Part shown: positions 16,540 through 24,424 of the stretch, in pieces
How the letters are laid out: each line of letters starts with the position of its first letter
Position numbering within the stretch: position 1 is the stretch's first letter
Source: a virus
Lineage: Duplodnaviria > Caudoviricetes
Reading direction: 5' to 3' (one strand)
DNA length: 28,449 nucleotides
IMG/VR virus record: IMGVR_UViG_3300048073_000003
Coordinates: 1 to 28,449 of that record
Notes under the pieces: generated by a model
Databases searched by the model: none
What the model was told of the DNA's origin: nothing
The model's input: only the letters and a program-made list of their open reading frames with translations
Made by a program: the position numbers and the translations under genes

Positions 16540-16666
16540 CGCCCCAACCCCCTTGTTCTTGTTATACGTCCCTGACGTGGATTGTTGTGCCATACAGCTA
16601 TCTCGCATGCAACAAGTCCTTAGAGCTATGTGTCTACTTTGCGACAGTGATTATGTGCACTGTGGC

Positions 16667-16939
16667 TTAGTTAGACGTGCCGTGCTCGAGCGGCAGCATG
16701 GATAGCAGCTTGCGCTGCGTGATTGCCTCGACTACCAGCTTGCCGTCCACGTAGATCGGCGCCTGTGTGATAGGCGCGAATGGCAGCTCGTCATCCGTCT
16801 CGACTTCCTTGCGCAGTGCGTCGTACTCGTCGCGTGTGAGATCCACGCCGTAGATGATCAAGCCGTCGTCATTGGCCTTCTTCACGGCGTTGTAGATGCG
16901 CGTGACCAAGCCTTCCTTCTCGTATGTCTTTACCTGCAC
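16667..16939 (-). CDS. Hypothetical protein (90 aa)
   Basis: GTG 16939 with SD GGAGG; codon usage like its neighbours. Confidence 0.7.
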   Translation of the reverse strand: MQVKTYEKEGLVTRIYNAVKKANDDGLIIYGVDLTRDEYDALRKEVETDDELPFAPITQAPIYVDGKLVVEAITQRKLLSMLPLEHGTSN

Positions 16940-17034
16940 ACAATCCTCCACATCACAATCACTGTACCGATTATGAAACACGCACTGCCGGCGACGTAGA
17001 ACAGATGCGGCAGCAGCTCATGCAGCTTGTTCAA
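16930..17034 (-). CDS. 34-aa single-pass membrane microprotein (not in the ORF track)
   Basis: GGAGGT-6nt-TTG start; MNKLHELLPHLFYVAGSACFIIGTVIVMWRIVCR; fills the gap and overlaps both neighbours. Confidence 0.65.
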   Translation of the reverse strand: MNKLHELLPHLFYVAGSACFIIGTVIVMWRIVCR

Positions 17035-17815
17035 GTCCGTACCTCCGTCGCAGGTAGTCAAGGCTTACCTCCATCAGATCGTAGTTACCGTGCTTCGCTT
17101 CGTGCAGCATCACCACGCCGCGCCAGTGGTGATTCGCCTGCGGACCTTTGTAGTCCTCGTCGTGCTGATAGAAGCTGCCGACGATCAGCGCTCTGTGCAC
17201 GCTGCCGTCGCTCAAGTGCCGCTCGTACGCTTCCTTACCCTGCCGGTGTCCCATGACGAAGCTGAAGCCGATGTTCTTGAGCATCGTGCTTGCCATGCCA
17301 CCCCACGGCTTACCGGTCATCGGGTTGTAGAAGTAGTGAGCAAACTTGACGCCAGCGATGTCCAGCGGCTCCAAGAACTCGTGCACTCGAAAGCCACACT
17401 GCTCGGCGTTCAGTAGCTTCTTGCTGAGGAAGCCTTGCAGCTCGGCGCTGCTGTTCGCAGCCCGGTCGATCCGGTCCTCGTGGTTGCCGTAGAAGAACTC
17501 GAGCTGCGGCTTATACACCGTGTGCTTGGTACGTCGCTGCGTTTCCTGCAGCTCCCGCAGAGGCTGCACCAGCAGCTCGAGCGCTTCGTTGCCGGCTTCG
17601 ATGTCGGCAATGACACGCTTGCCTTCCGCCTTGGCTGTGCCCTTGTCGTAGGACGACAGAGACGGCATGTCCCAATGGTCCCCAAGATGCACTACCACGT
17701 CAGGACGCTTATCGACGATGTACTGCCCTGCCCACAGTAAATGCTCTGTGGGTACACCTGGCTTGATCTGCGTGTCTGGGATCACCAGGATCTTTAGCCC
17801 GCGATCCTCCGTCAA
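17018..17815 (-). CDS. Calcineurin-like metallophosphoesterase
   Basis: LVIPDTQ, LGDHWD, GNHE, FAH and MGHRQ motifs in the canonical order. Confidence 0.88.
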   Translation of the reverse strand: MTEDRGLKILVIPDTQIKPGVPTEHLLWAGQYIVDKRPDVVVHLGDHWDMPSLSSYDKGTAKAEGKRVIADIEAGNEALELLVQPLRELQETQRRTKHTVYKPQLEFFYGNHEDRIDRAANSSAELQGFLSKKLLNAEQCGFRVHEFLEPLDIAGVKFAHYFYNPMTGKPWGGMASTMLKNIGFSFVMGHRQGKEAYERHLSDGSVHRALIVGSFYQHDEDYKGPQANHHWRGVVMLHEAKHGNYDLMEVSLDYLRRRYGLEQAA

Positions 17816-18060
17816 CGCACTGACCCTGGCAGCTCGAGCCCATCACGCTTGCTCAGCTCGGCAACTAGCACTTCGATGCGCTTACGCAGCTGCGCATTCT
17901 CGTCAGCCATCTTCTGCGCTTCTACGCGCAGTGCAGTCATGCTGCGATCTATAGCCATGGTCCTGCAGGTAGCCAAGTCGTAGTCGGCCTTGTACACGTC
18001 AACTTCCCGCACCAACAGATCAATCACATATAGCAAGGTTGCTTCGCGTGTGTTCATCAT
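17812..18060 (-). CDS. Coiled-coil hypothetical protein (82 aa)
   Basis: ATGA overlap at 18057-18060; heptad pattern LRVEAQKMADENAQLRKRIEVL. Confidence 0.65.
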   Translation of the reverse strand: MMNTREATLLYVIDLLVREVDVYKADYDLATCRTMAIDRSMTALRVEAQKMADENAQLRKRIEVLVAELSKRDGLELPGSVR

Positions 18061-18518
18061 CGCGCGTACTCCGACAGAATGCCGGTCACGATATCCAAGC
18101 CTTCGTCCAGCGTCGTCACGATCCAGCCGGCATTGGACTGCACCACCGGGTTGCCGGTGATGCGATCGTCGTCCGACACCAAGATGGTTGGCTTGTCGAG
18201 TGCTCGAGCCCATGCGAGCTCACTGATAGTGCCGAGCGATATGCGCTCCTGGTTGAGCTCGGCCGGCATGTACGCCAGCGTCATGTCGCACTGCTGTACG
18301 TCGAACAGGTTCTTGGATGCGATAGCACGCGGCGTACCGAATCGAGGATCTGTGTACTGCGGCTGATAGTGCTCACCGACGATAGGCTCGCAGCGCAGCG
18401 GCGATATGCCGCGAATGTTGTACGCACCCAGCTCCGCGATCACGTCATTACGCCAGTTGTTCGCGGCGCCGTAGGTATGCCCGGTGATCGGGCCGGCCAA
18501 GTAAACCGTACGTTTCAT
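18057..18518 (-). CDS. Nucleoside 2-deoxyribosyltransferase-like / dNMP N-glycosidase
   Basis: VYLAGPI, DVQQCD and SLGTISELAWA..LDKP (candidate catalytic Glu) motifs. Confidence 0.82.
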   Translation of the reverse strand: MKRTVYLAGPITGHTYGAANNWRNDVIAELGAYNIRGISPLRCEPIVGEHYQPQYTDPRFGTPRAIASKNLFDVQQCDMTLAYMPAELNQERISLGTISELAWARALDKPTILVSDDDRITGNPVVQSNAGWIVTTLDEGLDIVTGILSEYAR

Positions 18519-18758
18519 TTAGTACACGTCCCCGTTCATATCCCGCTTGTGGTCCTCGTACGGCGCCACAATGCGACGTTGAAACTCAGCCTTGGCCGAT
18601 TCGAGCGCGCCTACCACGTCGTTGATCGCGGCGTAGTTCTGTCCGTGATTCCACCAGTAATCATTGATCAACTTCGTGATCTCGTAGTTGAGCTCGCCTG
18701 GCGACGACGGTGCTCTAAACTCGAGCATGGCTCGTGCTTCCTGTGTGATGTACGGCAT
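18519..18758 (-). CDS. Conserved phage helical protein (resembles DUF6899, from memory)
   Basis: MPYI...GELNY.IT...IN.VVGALE.AK.EF.RR.VAPYED.K...NGDVY. Confidence 0.72.
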   Translation of the reverse strand: MPYITQEARAMLEFRAPSSPGELNYEITKLINDYWWNHGQNYAAINDVVGALESAKAEFQRRIVAPYEDHKRDMNGDVY

Positions 18759-19162
18759 TACTTACCCTTTGCGATGACCGCACCTTGCAGCAGCATCTTC
18801 GGTGCTGCGCCAGGCTTCGGCCGGTTGTCGATCGCGTAGCCACTCTCGATCGCGTCAATCAGGATCGCGAGCGATGCAATGGCGCCGTCCAGGTGCTTCT
18901 TGCCTTCCGCGCTGTCTGGGTCGATCTCCTCTCCGTCGACCCACGCAGCTAGGTGCCGCAGCGTGCCGCCGACGTACGTCATCACTTCCACTGGCTGATC
19001 ACGCCAGTTGTACGGGCCGTACTTGCGCCCGCCCTCGCCTAGTGCCTTGGCTAGCGCACACAGCGCTGCTGGTGGTACCCAATGCAGCGGTAGCTTCTTG
19101 TCGCCGTACAGCTGCTTGGGATTCGGAGGAATCTGCTGTAGGTACTCAGCTGTTTTACTCAT
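18758..19162 (-). CDS. DUF5664-like protein (dATP/dGTP diphosphohydrolase N-terminal domain family)
   Basis: NPK...G.KK.PL..VP, GGRKYGPYNWR, RHL.AW.DGE.ID, HL..AIASLAIL.D, DNRP. TAATG start at 19162; alternative GTG start at 19240. Confidence 0.8.
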   Translation of the reverse strand: MSKTAEYLQQIPPNPKQLYGDKKLPLHWVPPAALCALAKALGEGGRKYGPYNWRDQPVEVMTYVGGTLRHLAAWVDGEEIDPDSAEGKKHLDGAIASLAILIDAIESGYAIDNRPKPGAAPKMLLQGAVIAKGK

Positions 19163-19560
19163 TACGAAGCACTCCGGGCAGTCTGGTCCGTTGATACGTC
19201 CGTGCGCGGAGCAGAACCAGCCGTAGGCGTCACTCTCCACTTGATGTACTCCACTAGCTCCGCAACGCTCATATCCACCAGCACAAACCAATCCTCGTGA
19301 TTCGCGCGGTACATGAGCACCGGGGTTTTGTTGATGTCGCGTCCCTGCTGACGCGCCTGCTTAACTGCAGCTCCAACCTGAAGCTTCTGCTGTCGCTTCA
19401 CTTCGATAGCGACTGGTAGTTCCGTGTCGAGATCGCAGCCGCCTTGTCGCGACTGCATGATGTTGCGCTTGAACGCCTCGTAACCGAGTGCTTCGTTCAG
19501 CAGGTTCGCAACCTCCCTTTCTCCTACCTTGCCTTTCCTTCGGCTTCGTAGCCCGCTCAC
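19162..19560 (-). CDS. Hjc-type Holliday junction resolvase (PD-(D/E)xK nuclease)
   Basis: SRRKGKVGERE, GCDL, AIEVKR, QA..Q, PVLMYR motifs. Confidence 0.82.
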   Translation of the reverse strand: MSGLRSRRKGKVGEREVANLLNEALGYEAFKRNIMQSRQGGCDLDTELPVAIEVKRQQKLQVGAAVKQARQQGRDINKTPVLMYRANHEDWFVLVDMSVAELVEYIKWRVTPTAGSAPRTDVSTDQTARSAS

Positions 19561-19853
19561 GCCTTTCCTTTGCTCGTCTCGAGCACCTGCAGCAGCAAAG
19601 ACGACAGTGCGTCGATGCGCGTTTCATCCCTAAACATCTTGTCCCAGCCCATCGCCCAAGCGATTGCGTGCATGAGCTCGTGCAAGAACGTGTGCAGCTC
19701 CTCCTCTGCGTCTTTGGACTTAGAGGAAATGTGGATAACGCACTCGGCAGCGTTAGTGCGCCCGTACCAGCTGCGCTTGCCTACACGCTTCACGCGCCAT
19801 GTTCTGCCCGCGAGCTCAAACGTTCGCGGGATCTTCAGACTGGCGGATGCCAT
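19557..19853 (-). CDS. Small HExxH zincin-like metallopeptidase
   Basis: YG.T......IHI...TFLHELMHAI with a downstream Glu (DETRID). Confidence 0.72.
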   Translation of the reverse strand: MASASLKIPRTFELAGRTWRVKRVGKRSWYGRTNAAECVIHISSKSKDAEEELHTFLHELMHAIAWAMGWDKMFRDETRIDALSSLLLQVLETSKGKA

Positions 19854-20752
19854 GTCTCACCGTAGAAGCGTCGCAGCCAGAGCAGCCTGCCGTTCTCGAG
19901 CACGGCCCCGGCAGCACCCAGCTTCTCGTAGCCGGTGTCAGCGCCGTACTTCTGTATGCTCTGCTCGTACGCTTGTAACACTCGTGAGTAAAGAAACGGC
20001 GGCAAATCCTTGACTTCCTTGGCGTCTATGATCATCTGCTTAGCAGCCTTGTCACCCATCTTGTAGCAGCCGCCAATGTTGTCGGTGGTGTCGCCTTTCA
20101 GCAGCTGCTTGTAGAACTGCACGATGCCCTGGTCCTCGCTGATGTTCGCGAACGCGTCACGATTGGCGTCGTAGTGCCAGCCAGGACACTGCAGCAGATC
20201 CTTGTCGATACCGCAGATGATTGACTTCTTGCCGTCAGCAGTCAGCTGCGTCTGCTGGATGCAAACCTCGTCATCCGCCTCCTGCCCGTAGATCACCTGC
20301 GCGTTCCAGTTCTTCACCATGTAGTCGCGGATCTCGCGCTGCAATCGTGGCTTGTGCCACGGCTTACGATTGCCCTTGTACGGCTTGATCGTAGCTATCT
20401 GCTCACGGAAGTTGCCGGTGCCGGTGAGGTACACCCGCGCGTCGACGTTGGCCTTGAACTTCTCGGCCACTCGCTCCTCGATCGACTTCAGCATCTTCTT
20501 GCAGCTGTGCAGCACGTTTTCCACGGGCTCTACTTCCACGCGCTCCCAGCGCAGCAGGGAGGACGGTTCGCCACCTTTGGCGAGCCATGCCTCCTCTGCA
20601 GCGTTGCGCGCATTGGCGTCTTCGTAGGCGCCAATGACTGCATCGTTGCCTGACGTCAGCAGATGGTAGGTATGCTGCCCAGCAAAGCCGGCTGCGTACT
20701 CTATGTAGTCTGCGTCGATCAGCGCGACGATGGTTGGCTTCTTCTTAGCCAA
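19835..20752 (-). CDS. 5'-3' exonuclease / RNase H (T7 gp6-like)
   Basis: ALIDAD, NFR..IA..KPYKGNR...KP, EADD, IDKDL.Q.PGWHY, LKGDTTDNI.G. Start re-placed to TTG 20752 (SD GAGG). Confidence 0.9.
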   Translation of the reverse strand: MAKKKPTIVALIDADYIEYAAGFAGQHTYHLLTSGNDAVIGAYEDANARNAAEEAWLAKGGEPSSLLRWERVEVEPVENVLHSCKKMLKSIEERVAEKFKANVDARVYLTGTGNFREQIATIKPYKGNRKPWHKPRLQREIRDYMVKNWNAQVIYGQEADDEVCIQQTQLTADGKKSIICGIDKDLLQCPGWHYDANRDAFANISEDQGIVQFYKQLLKGDTTDNIGGCYKMGDKAAKQMIIDAKEVKDLPPFLYSRVLQAYEQSIQKYGADTGYEKLGAAGAVLENGRLLWLRRFYGETWHPPV

Positions 20753-20900
20753 CGGCTTCCTCAGGCTGATTGTCCTGGTACGCGTCAAGCACCTTGTGCG
20801 TGGCCTTGATGTGCGCTGCACACTCTTCCACGATCTCGGCGGCTTGCTCGTCGTCCTCTGCCTCTAGCTCGAGGTTGATGCCAGCGTAGTAGCGCGGCAT
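20745..20900 (-). CDS. 51-aa acidic microprotein (not in the ORF track)
   Basis: TAATG coupling to the SSB stop; MPRYYAGINLELEAEDDEQAAEIVEECAAHIKATHKVLDAYQDNQPEEAVG. Confidence 0.7.
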   Translation of the reverse strand: MPRYYAGINLELEAEDDEQAAEIVEECAAHIKATHKVLDAYQDNQPEEAVG

Positions 20901-21490
20901 TAGTCGTTATCCCAGAGCTCGTCATCGGACTCGCTCACTTCGTCGGTTGCCTTTTCCTCGTCCGCGCTATCGCTCTCGTCCTCGTCAGCCAGATCGCGCT
21001 CGATCTCTTCCTGCGGCTCAATGAACGACTTCGGCTCGTACACCTGCTTGTACAGCTTGGCCGTAAGCTCGTCGACCTTGGCCAGCAAGATCGTCTCGAT
21101 TGCGTCCGGCTTCGTCTTCGGCAGCTTGATGGCGCCCTGCTCAAGCAGGATGCGCGTCAGCTGGATCGCACGATCCTGCGACGCCTGCACGGTGATACGT
21201 GACGCCTTCTCGGGATCTTCCTTGAAGCGATTGCCGCCACCGCCGAACTTGCCGCCGCCCTTGCCAGTCGGCTTGCCCTTGCCCAGCAGCTCTGGCTTCT
21301 TCTTCACGTCGAAGTCGCCGCGGTCATTCTCTTCAACGACCAGCTTGACCTCATGACCTTTCTCGATGATGCCGGCTGCGCGGTTAGGCGAGCGGAACCA
21401 CTTGTCGTTGTCCTTCAGCTTGAAGCTGTAGTTGTCGAACTTCTTCTCTTCACCGACCCAAACGACAACGCCCTTTACTACTTGACTCAT
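20900..21490 (-). CDS. Single-stranded DNA-binding protein-like
   Basis: OB-fold-like beta N-terminus, Gly/Lys linker, very acidic tail with a near-terminal Trp; lies between polymerase and exonuclease. Confidence 0.68.
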   Translation of the reverse strand: MSQVVKGVVVWVGEEKKFDNYSFKLKDNDKWFRSPNRAAGIIEKGHEVKLVVEENDRGDFDVKKKPELLGKGKPTGKGGGKFGGGGNRFKEDPEKASRITVQASQDRAIQLTRILLEQGAIKLPKTKPDAIETILLAKVDELTAKLYKQVYEPKSFIEPQEEIERDLADEDESDSADEEKATDEVSESDDELWDND

Positions 21491-21693
21491 TACTGCAACA
21501 GCGCCTCCAAGCGCTCTTTGATGCGTTCCGCCTGGTCCGCATCGCTGTGGTGTCCCGCGATCTCGGTACGCAGGATCTCCACGTCTTCCTCTTTGCCGAG
21601 CGCCAATCCGCGCTCGTACTCGGCCACAACTTCCAGATCAGTCACCACGCGGGCCAGTGCGGCAGTGACGCTCTCGACGGTCTTACGAAACAC
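21490..21693 (-). CDS. Small coiled-coil hypothetical protein
   Basis: GTG start with SD GGAG; TAATG coupling to the SSB gene. Confidence 0.7.
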   Translation of the reverse strand: MFRKTVESVTAALARVVTDLEVVAEYERGLALGKEEDVEILRTEIAGHHSDADQAERIKERLEALLQ

Positions 21694-21880
21694 TCTTACT
21701 CCCTTGTTTGAACACGGCCGTAAGCGCGATCAGTACGATCCACACAGCCGCAGCCTTTACCCACGAAAACGTCAGCACGCCTAGCGTAGCCAGCGCCCAG
21801 GTGACGAGCGCAGCAAAGCCGAAGCCAATTGCTAGCGCCACAACCAGAATCACTAGCCCTAGTAACGCAGCCAGTCCCAT
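21683..21880 (-). CDS. Small two-TM membrane protein
   Basis: Almost entirely hydrophobic; SD GGAGG and TAATG coupling to the polymerase stop. Confidence 0.75.
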   Translation of the reverse strand: MGLAALLGLVILVVALAIGFGFAALVTWALATLGVLTFSWVKAAAVWIVLIALTAVFKQGSKSVS

Positions 21881-23934
21881 TACGCAGCCTCCTTGTATGA
21901 CGGCGGTTCTTCCTTGAACTTCACTTCTTTACCCTCGCCCCAATGCGTGCCGTACACGACTTCACAGCCAAGCGGCACGTTGAACTTGAGCTTGTAGACT
22001 TTGAGCAGGTAGTCGTACACGTCGAACGTGAACGCCTGTTTCACCAGCGCGATGTACTTCTCCACGTCGTCTTTGTGTACCTCTGCATTCACCGAGTCAT
22101 GCACTGTGTTGACGAACATCACACGCAGCCCTGCCTTATTCACGCGGTGGTACAGGAACACCAGCGCGATCGGAATGATCTCGGCAGTGGCCAGGCTCTG
22201 CACCGGGTAGTTGAATACCGCGGGCACGATCGACGTATGCTCGCGTCGATCCATCGGCTGTCCGTTGGCATTCAAGTAGAAGTCCCAATAGAAGCGCATG
22301 CCCCACGGCGTGATCAGCCGGCCTGTGGCCATCACTTCGTTGACCCACTCCTCCTGCTGTGCGTACAGCTCGCTGTAGTTCTGCTGGAACCACGCGTAGT
22401 ACCGCATCTCAAGCTCAGTACCCTGCGTGCCGCCGTACAGCGGCTTGAACGTTCTAGGCTTGCTGTCTTGCCGAAACGCCTTGACGCGAGGATCACCTTC
22501 TTTCTTACGCCGCAGTAGGTCGAGATACAGCTCGCGGTTGATGTCGCCGGCAAACTCCGGATCTTGCATGACGGCTGCGGTCTGTATGTGAGCGTCAAAA
22601 AGCGGGTCTCTGATGTTGGCGATAGCCACAGAGTCTTGACCCAAGAAGGCAGCGACCACGAACTCCAGCTGGCTTCCATCCGCCTCGACGTACACATAGT
22701 CGCTATCCCTCACCGTAAACAGCTTCTTGAAGCCGCGCGGCATGTTCTGAAACTGCACGCTAGGTTCCTTGCCAGGGAACATCGCGAACGTCTGCGGTAT
22801 GCCGCTTGAGCTCAACCTGTGCGTACCCGTGTTCACTTGGTTGAACACGCCGTAGAACACCGGCTGCTTACGCTCCTCCACCACACCACGGAAGAAATTC
22901 AGGTTCTTCGTAACTGCCGCATCCAGCCGGCCGAAGTCCTGCCGCATGGCTAGCCACTGCTTCTGCTTCTCAGTGGTACCCTGCGACTCAAGCCACAGCA
23001 TCGTGTTCTTGTCGGTCTTAGGCTGCCCCTGCGGGTAGCGCTTGCTGCGGTTGCGCTTAACGCGACCGCGCTGATCGACAGGCTCTTTGAACTTCAGCGA
23101 CTTGACCTTGCTGTCCTTCACCCACTTGTACGTCTTGCCTTCGATGTGCCCATCGTCGGCAGCCGTGGTAGGCACTTCCGCTAGCCCGTACAGAAAGCCA
23201 ATCTTCTGCTTAGGCGAGCGCATGTTGATGCCGCCAGTGAAGTCATCCAGCTTGCGCTCGACTTCACGCAGCGCGTCGACGTACGCCGTGTGCTCCTCGA
23301 CTACCCGCGGCTTATCCAGGCAGATGCCGTTGCGCTCGATGTCGGCCAGGATCGGAGTGAGCAGGCAGCGCGTGAGCACCACCTGCAGCTGCTGCGTCTT
23401 ACCAAGCCTGCGCAGCTGCTGTTCCCAGATCGCCTCTGTCGTCACGACGTCGCGGCGATTGCGCGCGATCAGCCGGCGCTCAGGCATCTCGCTCGGGCAG
23501 ATGCCAGACTTCATCATCGTGTCAATCACGTCGTCCTTGCCCTGCAGCCCGTAGCGCTGTGCCACGTCTCCCAGGTTCAGCAAGCCGAAGCGATTACCCA
23601 GCCGCACCTTCTCCGCAATCATCGGATCAGCCCAGAGCTTCAGCGTCGGATCGACGCCAAGCCTGATGAGCCACTTGGCCTCGAACTTCGCGTTGAACGC
23701 GATGGCGTAGTCAGCCTGCTCGTAGGCGTCCCAGAACGCCTTGCACTCGAGCAGGTTGCCGTAGTGGTGCTGCACCTTGCCGCCGCGCAACTTCCACGAC
23801 GTGCACACGATGCGGTTGTATGGGTTCAGCGCCGAGCCGTTGTCCTTGTTCGTCGTCTCATGGTCATAGACGATCCACCGACCGTTACGGTAGGTGTCAA
23901 GGCTTAGCGCTGCCGAGCTCAGCGGATGTGTCAA
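21880..23934 (-). CDS. DNA polymerase family A with 3'-5' exonuclease domain
   Basis: ExoI YDHET, ExoII FNAKFE, ExoIII RNRRDV; TGTHRLSS, QNMPR, motif A DGSQLE, motif B RQDSKPRTFKPLYG, NYPVQS, motif C TVHDS. Confidence 0.95.
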   Translation of the reverse strand: MTHPLSSAALSLDTYRNGRWIVYDHETTNKDNGSALNPYNRIVCTSWKLRGGKVQHHYGNLLECKAFWDAYEQADYAIAFNAKFEAKWLIRLGVDPTLKLWADPMIAEKVRLGNRFGLLNLGDVAQRYGLQGKDDVIDTMMKSGICPSEMPERRLIARNRRDVVTTEAIWEQQLRRLGKTQQLQVVLTRCLLTPILADIERNGICLDKPRVVEEHTAYVDALREVERKLDDFTGGINMRSPKQKIGFLYGLAEVPTTAADDGHIEGKTYKWVKDSKVKSLKFKEPVDQRGRVKRNRSKRYPQGQPKTDKNTMLWLESQGTTEKQKQWLAMRQDFGRLDAAVTKNLNFFRGVVEERKQPVFYGVFNQVNTGTHRLSSSGIPQTFAMFPGKEPSVQFQNMPRGFKKLFTVRDSDYVYVEADGSQLEFVVAAFLGQDSVAIANIRDPLFDAHIQTAAVMQDPEFAGDINRELYLDLLRRKKEGDPRVKAFRQDSKPRTFKPLYGGTQGTELEMRYYAWFQQNYSELYAQQEEWVNEVMATGRLITPWGMRFYWDFYLNANGQPMDRREHTSIVPAVFNYPVQSLATAEIIPIALVFLYHRVNKAGLRVMFVNTVHDSVNAEVHKDDVEKYIALVKQAFTFDVYDYLLKVYKLKFNVPLGCEVVYGTHWGEGKEVKFKEEPPSYKEAA

Positions 23935-24131
23935 GCCTTTGGACTGACCTTGATGCGAGTCGTGATCTTAGCGGACACATCCACCACGTCGACCAGCTTG
24001 TAGCGAGCGGCTTCAACAACTTCCAGTGTGCTAGCGAAATCTTCCGCAGCGAGATCGGCCAGCGGAAACAATCCGCCGTCGCCGTCGTCTTCCATGCGAA
24101 TGAAAATTTCCTTAGGGTATACGGTGCTCAC
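23931..24131 (-). CDS. Small hypothetical protein
   Basis: GTGA and TTGA overlaps with neighbours; SD GGAGG. Confidence 0.68.
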   Translation of the reverse strand: MSTVYPKEIFIRMEDDGDGGLFPLADLAAEDFASTLEVVEAARYKLVDVVDVSAKITTRIKVSPKA

Positions 24132-24424
24132 TTCACATCCTCCGTGCGCTTCTTCATGCGCCCAATGGTCATCTCGAGTCCCTTGATACGCGACGCCTGT
24201 TCTTCATTGACAGTTACAAGCGCGGCAATCTGCTCAGCCTGGTGCTGGACCATAGCCTCTGCTTCCTCGAGCATGGCCAGCGCACCTAGTACGTGCTTGT
24301 CGTTGTCCGACATGCCCCAATTAGTCGTACGTGCCTGATGCGCTGCACGAATGAACGGCGCCCACTGCTTGTAGTTGCGCAGCTGCTGCTCGTTCGGGAT
24401 GTCTGCGAATACGCGGCTGCTCAC
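24128..24424 (-). CDS. Coiled-coil hypothetical protein (98 aa)
   Basis: Start re-placed to GTG 24424 (SD GAGG, GTGA overlap). Confidence 0.65.
   Translation of the reverse strand: MSSRVFADIPNEQQLRNYKQWAPFIRAAHQARTTNWGMSDNDKHVLGALAMLEEAEAMVQHQAEQIAALVTVNEEQASRIKGLEMTIGRMKKRTEDVK

Noticed and set aside
17018-23934. Z-genome (2-aminoadenine) or 7-deazaguanine modification system
   Set aside because: No purZ, datZ, dpdA or que/fol genes in the window; a DUF5664-like gene alone is insufficient.
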